Below are positions 33,711 through 44,598 of a stretch of DNA of 64,000 nucleotides, in pieces. Both the position numbers and the translations under genes were made by a program. Source of the DNA: Pelagomonas calceolata (taxonomy: Eukaryota); NCBI GenBank assembly GCA_918797485.1, contig CAKKNE010000002.1:5022001-5086000 (forward strand), written 5' to 3'. The notes under the pieces are model-generated. The model was given only the letters and a program-made list of their open reading frames with translations. It ran no database searches and was not told the DNA's origin. Positions within the stretch are counted from its first letter, which is position 1; each line of letters opens with the position of its first letter.

Positions 33711-34345
33711 GTACGCTAAAGTAGAAGCCGAGCAGGTACTCTCTCCCGAGCAGGAGGCGGCGCGCGCGACGGCGCTCGCCGAGGCCACGGTCCAGCTCAA
33801 GGAGGCCCATGGTAGGGCGCCGTGAAATTTAATTCCACACAGGCTACAACCGCGACGGCCGCCACACGGTCGAGTGCGTCCACGGCTACGACGAGAAGTG
33901 CTGGGCCTGGTACGCGCCCTTCGAGTGTCCGAAGTCCGGGGGGTGCCAGGCCACGAACGACGACGAGTGGGGGCGGCCGTGCCTGGCCCCGGGCGTACTG
34001 GAGAACTGTTATGGAACAGAGGCGTGTGGCCCGGGGCCCAACGCGCCGGCGGGGGGCGGCGGCGGCGGCGGTTCCAAGAAAAAGAAGAAGTCGAAGCCCG
34101 CGCAGCCGAAGGCGTCACTCTTCTCACGGACCTACAAGGCAAGGGCGCGCCGCGAAAGGATCCGGGCGCGCGCGTCCAGGGTCGCGGTGTCGTTGTTCCC
34201 GACGGTCAATATCCTCTTCGCCGTCGCGGTAGTCTACGCGGTCGTCCACGTGCTCGCCGCGCGGCGCCGCCGCCGCGAGCACGTCGCCGCGACGGAGTTC
34301 AAGGCCAAGGTCGCGCCGTACCTCGTCGAAGCGCCGGAACTCTAG
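33634..34345 (+). CDS. Secreted/type I membrane Cys-rich protein
   Basis: Signal peptide. A 31-nt intron at 33812-33842 gives EAHG|YNRDGRHTVECVHG..., then a Cys-rich domain, a TM helix (LFPTVNILFAVAVVYAVVHVL) and TAG at 34343-34345. Confidence 0.7.
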
Positions 34346-34471
34346 GGCACCGCGTCGGTGCCAGATCCTCCCCCCCTCCCCCCCGCGAACGTATATAGCT
34401 CCCGACGGCGCTCCCCTCCGCCTCTCTAAAAACCTCTTGTCGGGACTCCACTGAATTGCAACATCATAATC

Positions 34472-35647
34472 TTACTCGGACCATCCGACGTAGTGCTCGA
34501 GACACAGGCACGCGTCGGAGAGGGACATGTCGGAGGTGTCCCCTTCCGTCATGAGTTTGAAACGCGCTTCAACCTTCGACTGCCTGTTCGCGAAGACGCC
34601 ACTTTCCTGGGCCCAGACGAGGTGAACTTGCGGGTCGACGTACAGGTCATAATCAACCATGTTGCGGTACTGCCAGAGGACCCCTCCGTTCTCGGGGTTC
34701 GGCGGAATTTCTTCCCAGTCGAATATGATCGTACCATCATCCCAATCCATCACACCGCCCTGAAATAGCTTGGCGAATTGCAAGCGCCCACTGACCCGAC
34801 GCGAAGCCATGACCTTCGCTCTCAAGCGCCAGGATCTACTCGTGAGGTCGTCTACACGTTCAAACACTCCTGCCGGTATCGGGAACTCGTAACATGGTAG
34901 AGAAGAGCTCTGCTCGCGTAGCACACCAGTCCCCGAGTAGACCGATTGTCGTTCCGCCATGGCGGACGCGGGGACATCGGCCCAGCGGGATTGCCTCCCA
35001 TCGACAGGCTTATATAGTTCGATCTCCAGCGACAGAGTGTACGCGTCGAGGGCGGCAGTCGGCTCTGGTCTCGTAGGGCGGCGGCGTGGGCCCTCGAAGA
35101 AACGCGTGTACGTGCTGAAGAGCTCGCCCGGCGCCGGCGCTCCCTCCGGCGATCTCACGACGGTCCCGAGCAACGGATAACGCTTCAACACCAGGGAATG
35201 CTCGAGCCGCGGCGACAGCTTCGCCGCGGCGTCGCGCAGCGCCCGGCACGTCGCGACGCAGGTGAGCGTCTTGATGTCCGAGAACGACGCGATGGCGCCG
35301 AGCGCGTCCTCCGGCAGATCGTCGAAGCAGGTGACGACGAAGGCGGCCGCGGGGACGCCGAAGACCGCGGGCTTCTTTTCGGGGGGCTCCGGGGCCTCCT
35401 CGCTCGCCGCCGCGGGCGCGTCGGTCGCGTCGGCCGTCGGCGGTGCCGCGGGCGCGCGCTCGTCGGCCGCGTCGGCCGTCAGCGGTGGCGGCGCGGGAGC
35501 GGTGAGCGCCGCGAGCAGCCGTCGCGCCTTTGGCGAGAGCAGGGCGCCGATCTGCTGGCGCGTCTCATCGTCCACCACGTCAAGAGCCGTCGCGGCGCCT
35601 TCGAGGCCGCGGATCAATGTAAGCATGAGTGCGTCGCGGTCGCTCAT
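34472..35647 (-). CDS. F-box-like protein
   Basis: FDDLPEDALGAIASFSDIKTLTCVATCRALR; a paralogous fragment lies at 27667. Confidence 0.7.
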   Translation of the reverse strand: MSDRDALMLTLIRGLEGAATALDVVDDETRQQIGALLSPKARRLLAALTAPAPPPLTADAADERAPAAPPTADATDAPAAASEEAPEPPEKKPAVFGVPAAAFVVTCFDDLPEDALGAIASFSDIKTLTCVATCRALRDAAAKLSPRLEHSLVLKRYPLLGTVVRSPEGAPAPGELFSTYTRFFEGPRRRPTRPEPTAALDAYTLSLEIELYKPVDGRQSRWADVPASAMAERQSVYSGTGVLREQSSSLPCYEFPIPAGVFERVDDLTSRSWRLRAKVMASRRVSGRLQFAKLFQGGVMDWDDGTIIFDWEEIPPNPENGGVLWQYRNMVDYDLYVDPQVHLVWAQESGVFANRQSKVEARFKLMTEGDTSDMSLSDACLCLEHYVGWSE

Positions 35648-35863
35648 GGTATATACCTTGTGGCTGATTCGTGGCCGTGCCGCGGAGATGTGACTCGCGG
35701 GAGAGTGACCCGCAATTAGAGGAGATTATCCGCTGTGTGCAGGCAAAGGTGCGCGCAGGGTGGTGCGCGCAGCGCGTGGGATACCTAATGTGGATTCTGG
35801 CTACTACTTGAGCACAGATGCAGCCGGCAGGACAAGGCACAAGCTTTGTCGACGCAGGCTTTT

Positions 35864-35886
35864 CTAGTGTCTTACATGCCGCTAGC
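35864..35886 (+). promoter_or_regulatory. Conserved intergenic motif in a divergent promoter
   Basis: CTAGTGTCTTACATGCCGCTAGC. Confidence 0.65.
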
Positions 35887-36262
35887 TGCTCGAGCCGCGG
35901 CCAAAGCACAGCCAAAACGCGTCGCTGCCGCCTAAAAAGATCGTTCTGGCACGGCCCGAAGACCTGCAAGGCTGCAGCAGCCGTAGCGTCGACGGCTGAC
36001 AGGTGCCCACGATCAAGAGGACTGCACAGACACAACGCGAGTTGCACGGCACAGCGTCCGACGCCTACAAAAAAAAGAAGCGCGTCCGATATGGCAGAGG
36101 CACCAGCCCTTTGGCGGCGCTGCAAAGCGCTGCCACACCGTGGGCTGGCGCCCGTGCGAACGCGCGAGAACGAGTGCTCGGAACGTTATGGAGGGGCCTG
36201 TCGATGTTACCGCCCGCGAGCCTCTATGAACTTCTGACCCATCTCTCTACACAGGCCGCCGC

Positions 36263-36939
36263 ATGGCCGAGCTCGACGCCACGGCGGCGCGGAACCAGCC
36301 CTACGCGCCGCGGGGCACGAATGATGTGGATGCGATCCTGAAGCAGGACGACGCGGACGAGTCGCTGCAGCGGTACAAGGCGCAACTGCTCGGCGCGGCG
36401 GCGCAGGGCGACCGGGGCGACGCGTCGGACCCGCAGAAACCTGTGTGGAAATCAACGACGCGGTCACGGGGACAACGTCGCGTCGATGGCGTGGGGCGCC
36501 AGAAATGTTGTTTCCGCGCAGGCGGAAGCTAGTGGTCACAGAGTTCCGCGTCGTCTTCAACTCGCCCGCGCCGGACCAGGTCTTCCACCTCGACACGCGC
36601 GCCGGCAAGGACCACTTGAAAAAAACGGGCGTCGCCGTCAAGGAGGGCTCCGAGTACAAGTTCCGCCTGTCCTTCCGCGTGCAGCACGAGATCCTGCCGG
36701 GCCTGAAATACGTGAATCGATTGAAGCGCATGGGCATGAAGACGGCCGCCGACGAGCTCGTCATCGGGAGTTACGCGCCCCAGACCGAGCCGCACAGCTT
36801 CGAGTTCCCGCGGTACGACTGGCTCGAGGCGCCGAAAGGTATGATGTACCGCGGCGCGTACACCGCGAGCGACCGGTTCGTCGACGGCGACGGCCGGACG
36901 CACCTCGAGTACGACTACCCCGTCAAGGTGACGAAGTAA
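36263..36939 (+). CDS. Rho GDP-dissociation inhibitor
   Basis: DADESLQRYKAQLLG, VKEGSEYK, FRVQHEILPGLKY, GSYAP, EAPKGMMYRGAY. GC-AG intron 36433-36521 (DP|RKLVV). Confidence 0.92.
36441..36521. mobile_element. Introner (family A)
   Basis: CTGTGTGGAAATC...TTTCCGCGCAG; TSD GCAGAAAC/GCGGAAGC (6/8). Confidence 0.88.
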
Positions 36940-37379
36940 TTTTGATTTTTGTTTATTGGTCGCGTCGATGGCGTCTCAGGCTCAGGCTAGTTACGTCGCA
37001 GGGTCCCCCGACCCCTCCCGCTCCCTGGAAGAATCGATGTTACGGTGCTAGGACTAGTGGGCGGAGCCCCTGCCCAGGGCTGGGGGGGAGACACCGCGCG
37101 TCGCCGATTCATCGGCGGCGGGCGCGGGCCGCTTCTCTCATAACAGCGTACCTCCTTCTAAGCAGAACCGCCTCGACAAACCCCCCCGAACAATGTGCAA
37201 CGTTCGCCCGTTCAATCAACTTGTCCCGCGACTTCCCGCAGGCGACCTTGGACCGCGGCGACGCGTTCGGCACCGTACACTCCAACAAAGCCAGTAGACA
37301 CTCGGCCCGACCCTTGACAATCGCCACGCCCCACTCCCGGTAGATCTGGGCCTGAATCACTCGCTCCCCCAGTCTGGTG

Positions 37380-37401
37380 CTAGTGTCTTACAGCAGCTAG
37401 C
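37380..37401 (+). promoter_or_regulatory. Conserved intergenic motif
   Basis: CTAGTGTCTTACAGCAGCTAGC, about 120 bp before ATG 37522. Confidence 0.6.
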
Positions 37402-37521
37402 TTTCGCACAGGCCTTGCATGCTCGCAAAAGTGCGAGCCTTTGGGCCGGCAGTGCTGCTCAGCTACACGCGTAGTGGGCTCCAGGCAACAGCATCTCTCG
37501 CGTAGCGATCGATTTTGAGCA

Positions 37522-39366
37522 ATGCCTGCGCCACAACCAAATGCAGAGCAGTGTGATGAGGCTGCCAGCAGCAGCGGCGAAAGCGTAGCCAGCGATGGTC
37601 GTGAGAACACTAGCGACAGTGTCACCACCAATAACAGCAAAGAGGACGCCACAGCTGCATTCAACAGCTACTACAAACACCAAGCCATCAGCGACGACGC
37701 GTCCGCACTTTTCGCGAAGCTTCTGCCGATAGCAGTGCGCGTCAATCGGTCCTCGCCGTGCGCCGCGCTGTGCACCGCCGCGCTGACCATGCGCCCAGCA
37801 CCCGTCGCCGGCACGTATTTCGTCGACGCGGCGAGCGAGCTGCTCGCGGCGTTTCAGGAGGTCGGCGCGCTGGCGCGGCAGGAACTGGTCTCGTGCGTCC
37901 CGCCGGCGCTGTTGGCCGCGCAGCCGGGCGACGTCGTCGCCGATCTGTGCGCCGCGCCGGGCATGAAGGCCCTGCAGCTGCTCGACGCCGTCGGTAGCGA
38001 CGGCCTCGTCGTGGCGTCGGAGGTCGATCGGAAACGGCTCGCCGTCCTCGTGCGTCGCGGGAGGCGGTCGACGGCGAAGGGCGCTTTTCTCGCGTTGTGC
38101 GCGGACGCGCGGCGCTTCCCCGGCATGCGGCGGCGGACGGGCTGGAAGCAGAAGTACGATAAAGTTCTGTGCGACGTGCCCTGCTCCGGCGACGGCACGG
38201 GACGGAAGAAGCGGAGCGTGGTCCGGACCTGGGACGTGCGGCACGGCTTGGGCCTGCACGCGCTGCAGCTGGCTATATTAAACCGGGGCCTCGAGCTGCT
38301 GGGCTACGGCGGGCGCCTCGTCTACTCGACGTGTAGTTTGAACCCCATCGAGTGCGAAGCCGTTGTTTCTGCCGCTCTAGCGAGGCATGCGGGACTGGTA
38401 CGACTCGTCGCGGCGCCGGCGTGGGCCCGCGACCTGTCGACGCCGGGCCTCGCGTCGTGGAGCGTGCCGGGCGCCGCCTACGGAGCGACGCGTGAGGTCT
38501 TTGCGCGGTTCGAGGACGTCTCGAACCCGAAGAAGGCCCGCGTCGCGGCGACGATGTTCCCTCCGGCGGACGGGGCCCCGTTGGCGCTCGCAAGGCGTTT
38601 TTTACCGTCGGAAAAATGCGACTCGGGCGGCTTCTTCGTGGCGATCTTCGAGCGGTCGGCCGAGCGGCGGCCGCCGGCCGCGCCGCGCGCTCCAGTGCCA
38701 TTGCCGCCGGAGGCGCCGCCCGCGCCGCCCGACAAGGAGGGCGACTGGCGCTGCGCCTGCGGCACGAACAACTTCGCGCGGCGGGGGCGCTGCTTCTCGT
38801 GCAAAAAAAGGCGGCCGCGCGTTGTTACGGGTACGTCGAGCCGGCCGCCGCCGCTGCTGGCGCGCTTCGGCGGCGACGCCTCGATCCTCGACGCGTTCTG
38901 CGACGCCTACGGGCTCTCTGCCGCTACGGGCTTCCCGGTGGAATCGGCGTTCCTCCTCAAGCGGCCGAAGCGGAGCTTGCTTGTGATCTCCTCGGCGGCG
39001 CTCGCGGACCTCGCCATCTCGGAGACCTGGGCCGCCGCCGCGGACGTCGGGTGCGCGCTCTGCGAGGTGTCGGAGGAGGACGCCTCGCGCTGGCCGCTCT
39101 TCGACGAGGGGCTGGATGTCTTGGCCCGCTGCGCCACGCGGCGGCGCGTGGCTTTGGGTCCGGACCGGCTCCTCGCGCTCCTGAACGGAGGCGTTCTGAG
39201 TGACTTCGGCGGCGATGGCTCGTACGTGGTGACGTCCAGTCTCGCGGTCGGCGCCGCCACGGGTCGGGTAGCCCTCGGCGCTTCGGTCGCGGACGGCGTC
39301 GCGTCGCTGTCGTCGTCCGCGCGGCTTTGTGAGGCGGTGCGTTGTGTTGTTGGTGCGTTTTTGTAG
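37522..39366 (+). CDS. NOL1/NOP2/Sun (NSUN2/Trm4-like) RNA m5C methyltransferase with a RanBP2-type zinc finger
   Basis: RQELVS, DLCAAPGMK, YDKVLCDVPCSGDGT, LVYSTCSLNPIE, SGGFFVA; GDWRCACGTNNFARRGRCFSC. Confidence 0.9.
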   Translation: MPAPQPNAEQCDEAASSSGESVASDGRENTSDSVTTNNSKEDATAAFNSYYKHQAISDDASALFAKLLPIAVRVNRSSPCAALCTAALTMRPAPVAGTYFVDAASELLAAFQEVGALARQELVSCVPPALLAAQPGDVVADLCAAPGMKALQLLDAVGSDGLVVASEVDRKRLAVLVRRGRRSTAKGAFLALCADARRFPGMRRRTGWKQKYDKVLCDVPCSGDGTGRKKRSVVRTWDVRHGLGLHALQLAILNRGLELLGYGGRLVYSTCSLNPIECEAVVSAALARHAGLVRLVAAPAWARDLSTPGLASWSVPGAAYGATREVFARFEDVSNPKKARVAATMFPPADGAPLALARRFLPSEKCDSGGFFVAIFERSAERRPPAAPRAPVPLPPEAPPAPPDKEGDWRCACGTNNFARRGRCFSCKKRRPRVVTGTSSRPPPLLARFGGDASILDAFCDAYGLSAATGFPVESAFLLKRPKRSLLVISSAALADLAISETWAAAADVGCALCEVSEEDASRWPLFDEGLDVLARCATRRRVALGPDRLLALLNGGVLSDFGGDGSYVVTSSLAVGAATGRVALGASVADGVASLSSSARLCEAVRCVVGAFL

Positions 39367-39435
39367 CTTGTCTGTTTTCGTAGCTTGTTGCTATCATACT
39401 GTTACGGTGCTAGAACTTTCGTAGCTGTAAAATGT

Positions 39436-39462
39436 TTGCTAGTGTCTTTAAGGGGCGCTAGC
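39436..39462 (+). promoter_or_regulatory. Conserved intergenic motif
   Basis: TTGCTAGTGTCTTTAAGGGGCGCTAGC. Confidence 0.6.
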
Positions 39463-39766
39463 CTCGCTTTTTTTAGTGCCACCGGGTATCATTTGCCAGA
39501 GCGCACTATCCGAGCCTCGTCGGCTTTTATCGACTGGTTGTGGTGCTGTCTAAGAGCACTCCGTGCTGCGAAGTTTGCAACGGACTACACGCGCCTGCCC
39601 AGGACGCCGCCGGCGTGCCGTCAGGGCTGTTGAAGCCATAACTGTTTTTGAGCGCTGTAGGACACACGGCGCCTCGTACCGTGGATATACACGCGGTCTA
39701 GCAGCGACTGCGAAATCCCGTCCCACGTGCCCATACTCTTGTTGAGGCACAACAGTTTTTTCAGCC

Positions 39767-40498
39767 ATGGCGGCACGCGGCACGATGTTGCTGGTACTGT
39801 TGCTCAGAGCAAACGCTCTCACGCCGCCGACGCTGCGACGGCCAAGCTTTTTCGCGCCGACCCAGCCGCCACCGGAGACACGACCGCAGAGCGAGTACGA
39901 GGATTCGGACGTCGAGGCGCGCCTCGCCTTTGCGCGCGACGGCCTCTGCGTCGTCGAGGACTTTTTTGATGAGGAGACGTTCGCGGCCTGCCAACGGTCC
40001 GCAAGGCGGCAAAGGGAGCTCAAGCCCGAGACCCTCGAAAGTGTCGCCGTCGGGAGACTCGGCTGCTTCCTCGAGCCGCGCGATCCCGTATGTGTCGCTC
40101 TGTCGAGGCCCGAGTCCGTGGAGCGCCTGCGACGAATCTGCGGGGACGATCGGTTGGAGCCGGCCGACTTTCCGGTCGAGTTAAGGAGGTATCCCGTCGG
40201 CTCGAGCATGGGCTGGCACAAGGACGAGGTCTTGTACGAGGAGCCCCAGCTCGAAGTGGTTCTGACGCTCGAGAACACGTCGGACTCGCAGACGCGCTGG
40301 GAGCGCGCCGACGGGTCCGTGCGCGGCGCGTGGCTCCCGCCCAATTCGCTACTGCTCGTGAAGGCGGAAGGCGCGACGCACGGCGTCACGACGGTCCGGC
40401 GCGGGGATCGATTGATAGCGAAGTTCGTCCTCACGGCGTCGCCCATCAAGCTGCAGGCGTGGTACGACAACATCCTGTCGTACCAGGCGCAGCCGTGA
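39767..40498 (+). CDS. 2OG-Fe(II) oxygenase family protein, probably plastid-targeted
   Basis: RRYPVGSSMGWHKD...HGVT...R..AK; N-terminal signal peptide. Confidence 0.8.
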   Translation: MAARGTMLLVLLLRANALTPPTLRRPSFFAPTQPPPETRPQSEYEDSDVEARLAFARDGLCVVEDFFDEETFAACQRSARRQRELKPETLESVAVGRLGCFLEPRDPVCVALSRPESVERLRRICGDDRLEPADFPVELRRYPVGSSMGWHKDEVLYEEPQLEVVLTLENTSDSQTRWERADGSVRGAWLPPNSLLLVKAEGATHGVTTVRRGDRLIAKFVLTASPIKLQAWYDNILSYQAQP

Positions 40499-40960
40499 TG
40501 CTAGCTATCGCACTAATCGTTTGTCTGATCTTCGGGCGCCCCCCGCCATCGACGCGACGTTTTCCCCGAGGCGTCGCGTCGGCTCGATGCGTCCGTACGT
40601 GACGGGTTTTCCCCGCCAATCGCGCTTTTGGCCTGCCTGCTCTGATCCTGCTCAAGCTCACAGGCTTCGTAGGACGACTCGGACACAGGGCCCACTTGGA
40701 CGTCGAGAAATCGCTCAAACTCGCGGCGAGACATACAAAAAATCCATATTGGCTGGGTTGGATGAGAGGCCTTATTTTGGCTCTCTGCGTCGCAGCCGCG
40801 GCCGCCGCCTCGGCCGCGCCGGCCGCGCCGACTACGTCATACGGCTCATGCGAGAAGAAGGGCGCGCACGACGATGGTGCGCCTCCGGCGCGAAAGCCGG
40901 CCGCGATCATAAACTCACTGTTCGCCCCCGCAGGCCAAGCACAACTACTGCAACCCGCAC

Positions 40961-41419
40961 ATGCGCGGTATGGAGTGGGGGCTCGTCGTGCTCGTCTTCG
41001 TGCTGCTGTGGGGCCTCGGCCCCTACACGCTTTACTATGCGAACATCATGCTGCGCATTCCGCCATTCGTGGACGACGACGACTACGACGTGATCACGCA
41101 GATCGTCGTGATGTCGGCGCTGCGGTCGTTCGACAAGGATGGCAACAAATTCCTAGATGCGGATGAGGTCAAGGCGATTGTGCAGAAGATCGAACCGGGG
41201 CTCGCGGACGACGAGATCGACACGTTGATCAGGAGAGCCGACACGGACGGCGACGGCCACATCGACTACGAGGAGTTCTCGACGATCTTGCTCAACCAGG
41301 ACGCGGGCGACCACGAGCGAGTGCAAGTGACCAAGGTCAAGCGCAAGATCGCTACGCACGCGAAGAAGGACGTCCGGCTGGGCGCGTCCGCGGACGAGAG
41401 CAAGGACTCGGCGCACTGA
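40961..41419 (+). CDS. Membrane-anchored EF-hand protein; a probable upstream signal-peptide exon starts at 40762
   Basis: EF hands DKDGNKFLDADE and DTDGDGHIDYEE; TM helix; acceptor CCCCGCAG at 40933. The donor could not be resolved. Confidence 0.75.
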   Translation: MRGMEWGLVVLVFVLLWGLGPYTLYYANIMLRIPPFVDDDDYDVITQIVVMSALRSFDKDGNKFLDADEVKAIVQKIEPGLADDEIDTLIRRADTDGDGHIDYEEFSTILLNQDAGDHERVQVTKVKRKIATHAKKDVRLGASADESKDSAH

Positions 41420-41560
41420 GCTCCTCTGCCCGCGCGTCGCCAGTCCCAGCGATGCGCGTGCTAGTATCCCCCTCCTGACATAACGCATTCAGACTCGAAT
41501 TTATCTACCCAGACACGACACACGGCGCTGGCGCCACAGATAAGAAAAGTAAGGAAAGGA

Positions 41561-41586
41561 TTGCTAGTGTCTTACATGCCGCTAGC
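41561..41586 (+). promoter_or_regulatory. Conserved intergenic motif
   Basis: TTGCTAGTGTCTTACATGCCGCTAGC. Confidence 0.65.
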
Positions 41587-41810
41587 TGCGCCTAGCTCGC
41601 GGTTTAGTTTCACACATTAGGCAAGCGCTGCCGTAGATTTGTTGGCTCACGCGAGCGCATCTGTACCGTTGCACGACCTCCTCAACGTGTGTGCTGCAAC
41701 TTACCGCATTTCGGCAGCAGCAGAGCTATAAAACAGGCAGCGACTACGCGCGCCGACGCCGCGGTACCGAGCGACGCCGCGCTCAATATAAATAGCCGCC
41801 ATAAACAACC

Positions 41811-44059
41811 ATGGCCGGCGACACCAAGAAAAAGGCCCAGCAAAAAGTCAAAGACTCGGCGACGGGCGTCGAGGTCGCGGTCCCGCAGCCCCCAAAAAGA
41901 CTCAGCGCGTACCAGATCTTCGTCCAGCAGCAGCGCGACGCCACGAAGGCCGCGAATCCCGCGGCGAATTCCCAGGAAATTCTCGGCATCCTGGCCAAGG
42001 CCTGGAACGGCACCGGTGCCGATGAGCGCGCCAAACTTGAGAAGGATGCCGACGAAGACCTCGAAACTAAGAAAAAGATGTGGGCCGTGGGCGAGGATAT
42101 CCGCGAGGCCGAAAGATTACGGGTCTGCAAGGCCTTGGATATGAGTGATAAGACGACCTGGGCGTCGCTCTACGAGAAGGTCGTCGAACGGAACGAAAAA
42201 CTCGGAAGGCCCGCGTCGCCTCGAAGTTCAAAATCCACGTATAAACCGCCCCCAAAGCCTGATGCGGCCTCGATCAAGAAGTCGCGGCAGTGGGCCACGG
42301 CGTTTCAAGGCCAAACGAGAAGGAAAGCCGTGTTATCCGGTTTAGATGCCATCGCAGCACTATCCTCGGATCAAGCGAACTTCGACCAGTTCGGCAACGA
42401 CGCGATCCAGTGTTTTTACGATGTTGCTAGAGCCACGGAGGACCCCGTGCGGGCGAACGCGCTGATGTTCGTCGAACAATTAGCTCATAAATGGCGCCAC
42501 CGCATCTTGAGCAGGGGCTGGCGGTCGTCGGGTCGGCCGACGCCCCAGCAAATCCTGGAGACCATTGTGGGGTTGTACTGTCTGGAACGAGTGGGTGTTT
42601 CTGCCCCGAAGCTCAAAGAGGACGTCGTTCATGCTGTCACATTAACTGGACCTGACGCCGATGATTCTCTCAAACCTTATAGTTGTAAGGACTATTTTGG
42701 GTGGGACCCTGTCCATGACGCGACCGTTCCGGAAGGCGTTGCTGAGGTGTTGTCCGGCGAGGCGGTTACGGTGTACCGGACGCTATGTAACTCCTTGATA
42801 CACGCCTTCTATGCCGAAAGAGCCTCGATAAATATAGGGTGCGGCTACGCCGATGTCCTTGCGAAAGTAGCGACGTTACGACCATATAAATCGCACGGCG
42901 AGCTGCCCTGGGAGTCGTATGTGGATCAAGCCTACCTGATCACGCACGTCGTTTTTACGTTAAACAACTGGGGCGAGCTCGCTCTGGAGCCGGAGTTGCT
43001 GCCGCACGAGCATTTGTTTATCCGGGAGAATTTGGGAGTGGCGGTCCGAGGCTCTGTGCGGAGATCAACGAGTGAGTGAGTTACTTCCACGCCATCGAGC
43101 CGACGCCGTCACGGGGAAGACGTCGCGTCGATGGCGTAGACCCTCCACGCCATCGAGCAGACGCAGTCACAGAGACACCATCGCGTCGATGGCTGGGGCG
43201 TCGATGGCGTGGGGCGCCCGAACTGACGCGCGCGGCGACGCCGTCGACGCGGCAGTTTCGCGACGGCGTCCGTCCCACGCAGGTGCGCGAGCGCGACGCC
43301 CACCTCGTCGGCGAGTACGTGGAGTGTCTAAGGGCGTTTGGTTCTGACGACTCGGACCCTCTCATTCAGCTGGGCATGACGTTTTTGCTGCGGGCGCAGG
43401 ATCCAAACACGCACCGCTGGGACGTCGGTGGCGACGCGTACACGTCGTACCACGCGACGATGGTCGCCTGCCAAGCGTTACTTGTGCATACGCATCGGGG
43501 CTACGGGCCCGGTCTCCCTTCGTGCGTCGCGGTCCTGGAGAAGTGGCACGCGGCCGAACGACCGGACGACGTGCGAGAAAACCCTGATATAGCATTACGG
43601 AAGCGCGTCGACGATAAAGCAAGGAAACCCCCGAAGAAGGAATCGAATGAAGAGAAGCCGGCGTCGCCGCGGCCCCAGAAGCCGGCCGCGGAGCCGAAGA
43701 AGCGGCCCGCGGCGCCCTCTGACCAGAAGAAGCGTCCCGCCTCGCCCGACAAAAGTGCGAAGCCCCCGCCACAAAAGAAGAAGAAGAAGGTCCCCCAGAA
43801 GCTCAGCAAGGAGGATATTGCTGCCGTCGAGGCCAAGATCCAGGAGGCGGTCGCGGGCCAGGCCTGGCCCGTCGCGTCGAAGCTTCTGAAAAATCTCGCG
43901 GAGAGCGACGTCTCCGTGGACCTGCTGAAGACGACGACGGTCGGCAAGACGGTCGCTGCCTTAAAAAAGGCCGCGGACGCGAAATTGGTGATGGCGGCCA
44001 AAGGCTTGGTGGCGCGGTGGAAGCAGATGGTGCGCGACGCGGACGCGGCGTCGTCGTAA
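41811..44059 (+). CDS. HMG-box, central helical domain and TFIIS N-terminal-like domain protein
   Basis: PPKRLSAYQIFVQQQR...ILAKAW (HMG); VSVDLLKTTTVGKTVAALKK...AKGLVARWK (TFIIS-N). Intron 43044-43282 (GVA|VRERD). Confidence 0.8.
43044..43282 (+). mobile_element. Expanded, degenerate introner-derived intron
   Basis: CTGTGCGGAGATC...CCCACGCAG ends. The internal unit CCACGCCATCGAGC.GACGC is duplicated and shared with the 11764 element. Confidence 0.75.
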
Positions 44060-44598
44060 GTTTAGAACTAAATTGACGGACGTCGGCGTGGGCGTGCGGT
44101 CACGCAGGGAGGCATCGGCCCCGCGGCTGGCTAGGCTGCCTAGCTCTAAGCAAAGCAAGTTAATACTTATTCGACTCGCGGGTGCCCGACGCCGCGCTCG
44201 GCGGAGATCGGCCTTCCCCTGGCCACCACCTTGTTGTAGCGTCGTCTCGCAGGCTTGAAGTTCGCCCTCGTGCGAGCTTTCGCACACCTGTACGCGGGGA
44301 CCCGCACTCAGTCATCACACTCACATCGAGCTCAGCTTCGTGATCGGACACGCTGGCGACAGCCGAAGGTGTCTGACGCTCGGCTGCGGCAGGCGCTCAA
44401 CGCAGTTGTACAATTTGACTGCGCGCGGTCTTGTTGGCTGGCGACATTCGTACAGCTCTCACACAAACTGCTCTCTCAGGATATCAAATTGGATTCCACG
44501 CAGCTAGGCGCAGTTTCATTCGCGCAGCTGTTCAACATCGGTCTAGAACTGTTGGAAGTCAGTCTTGCAAGTGTCAAAACGCCGGTCACTAGCCTACG

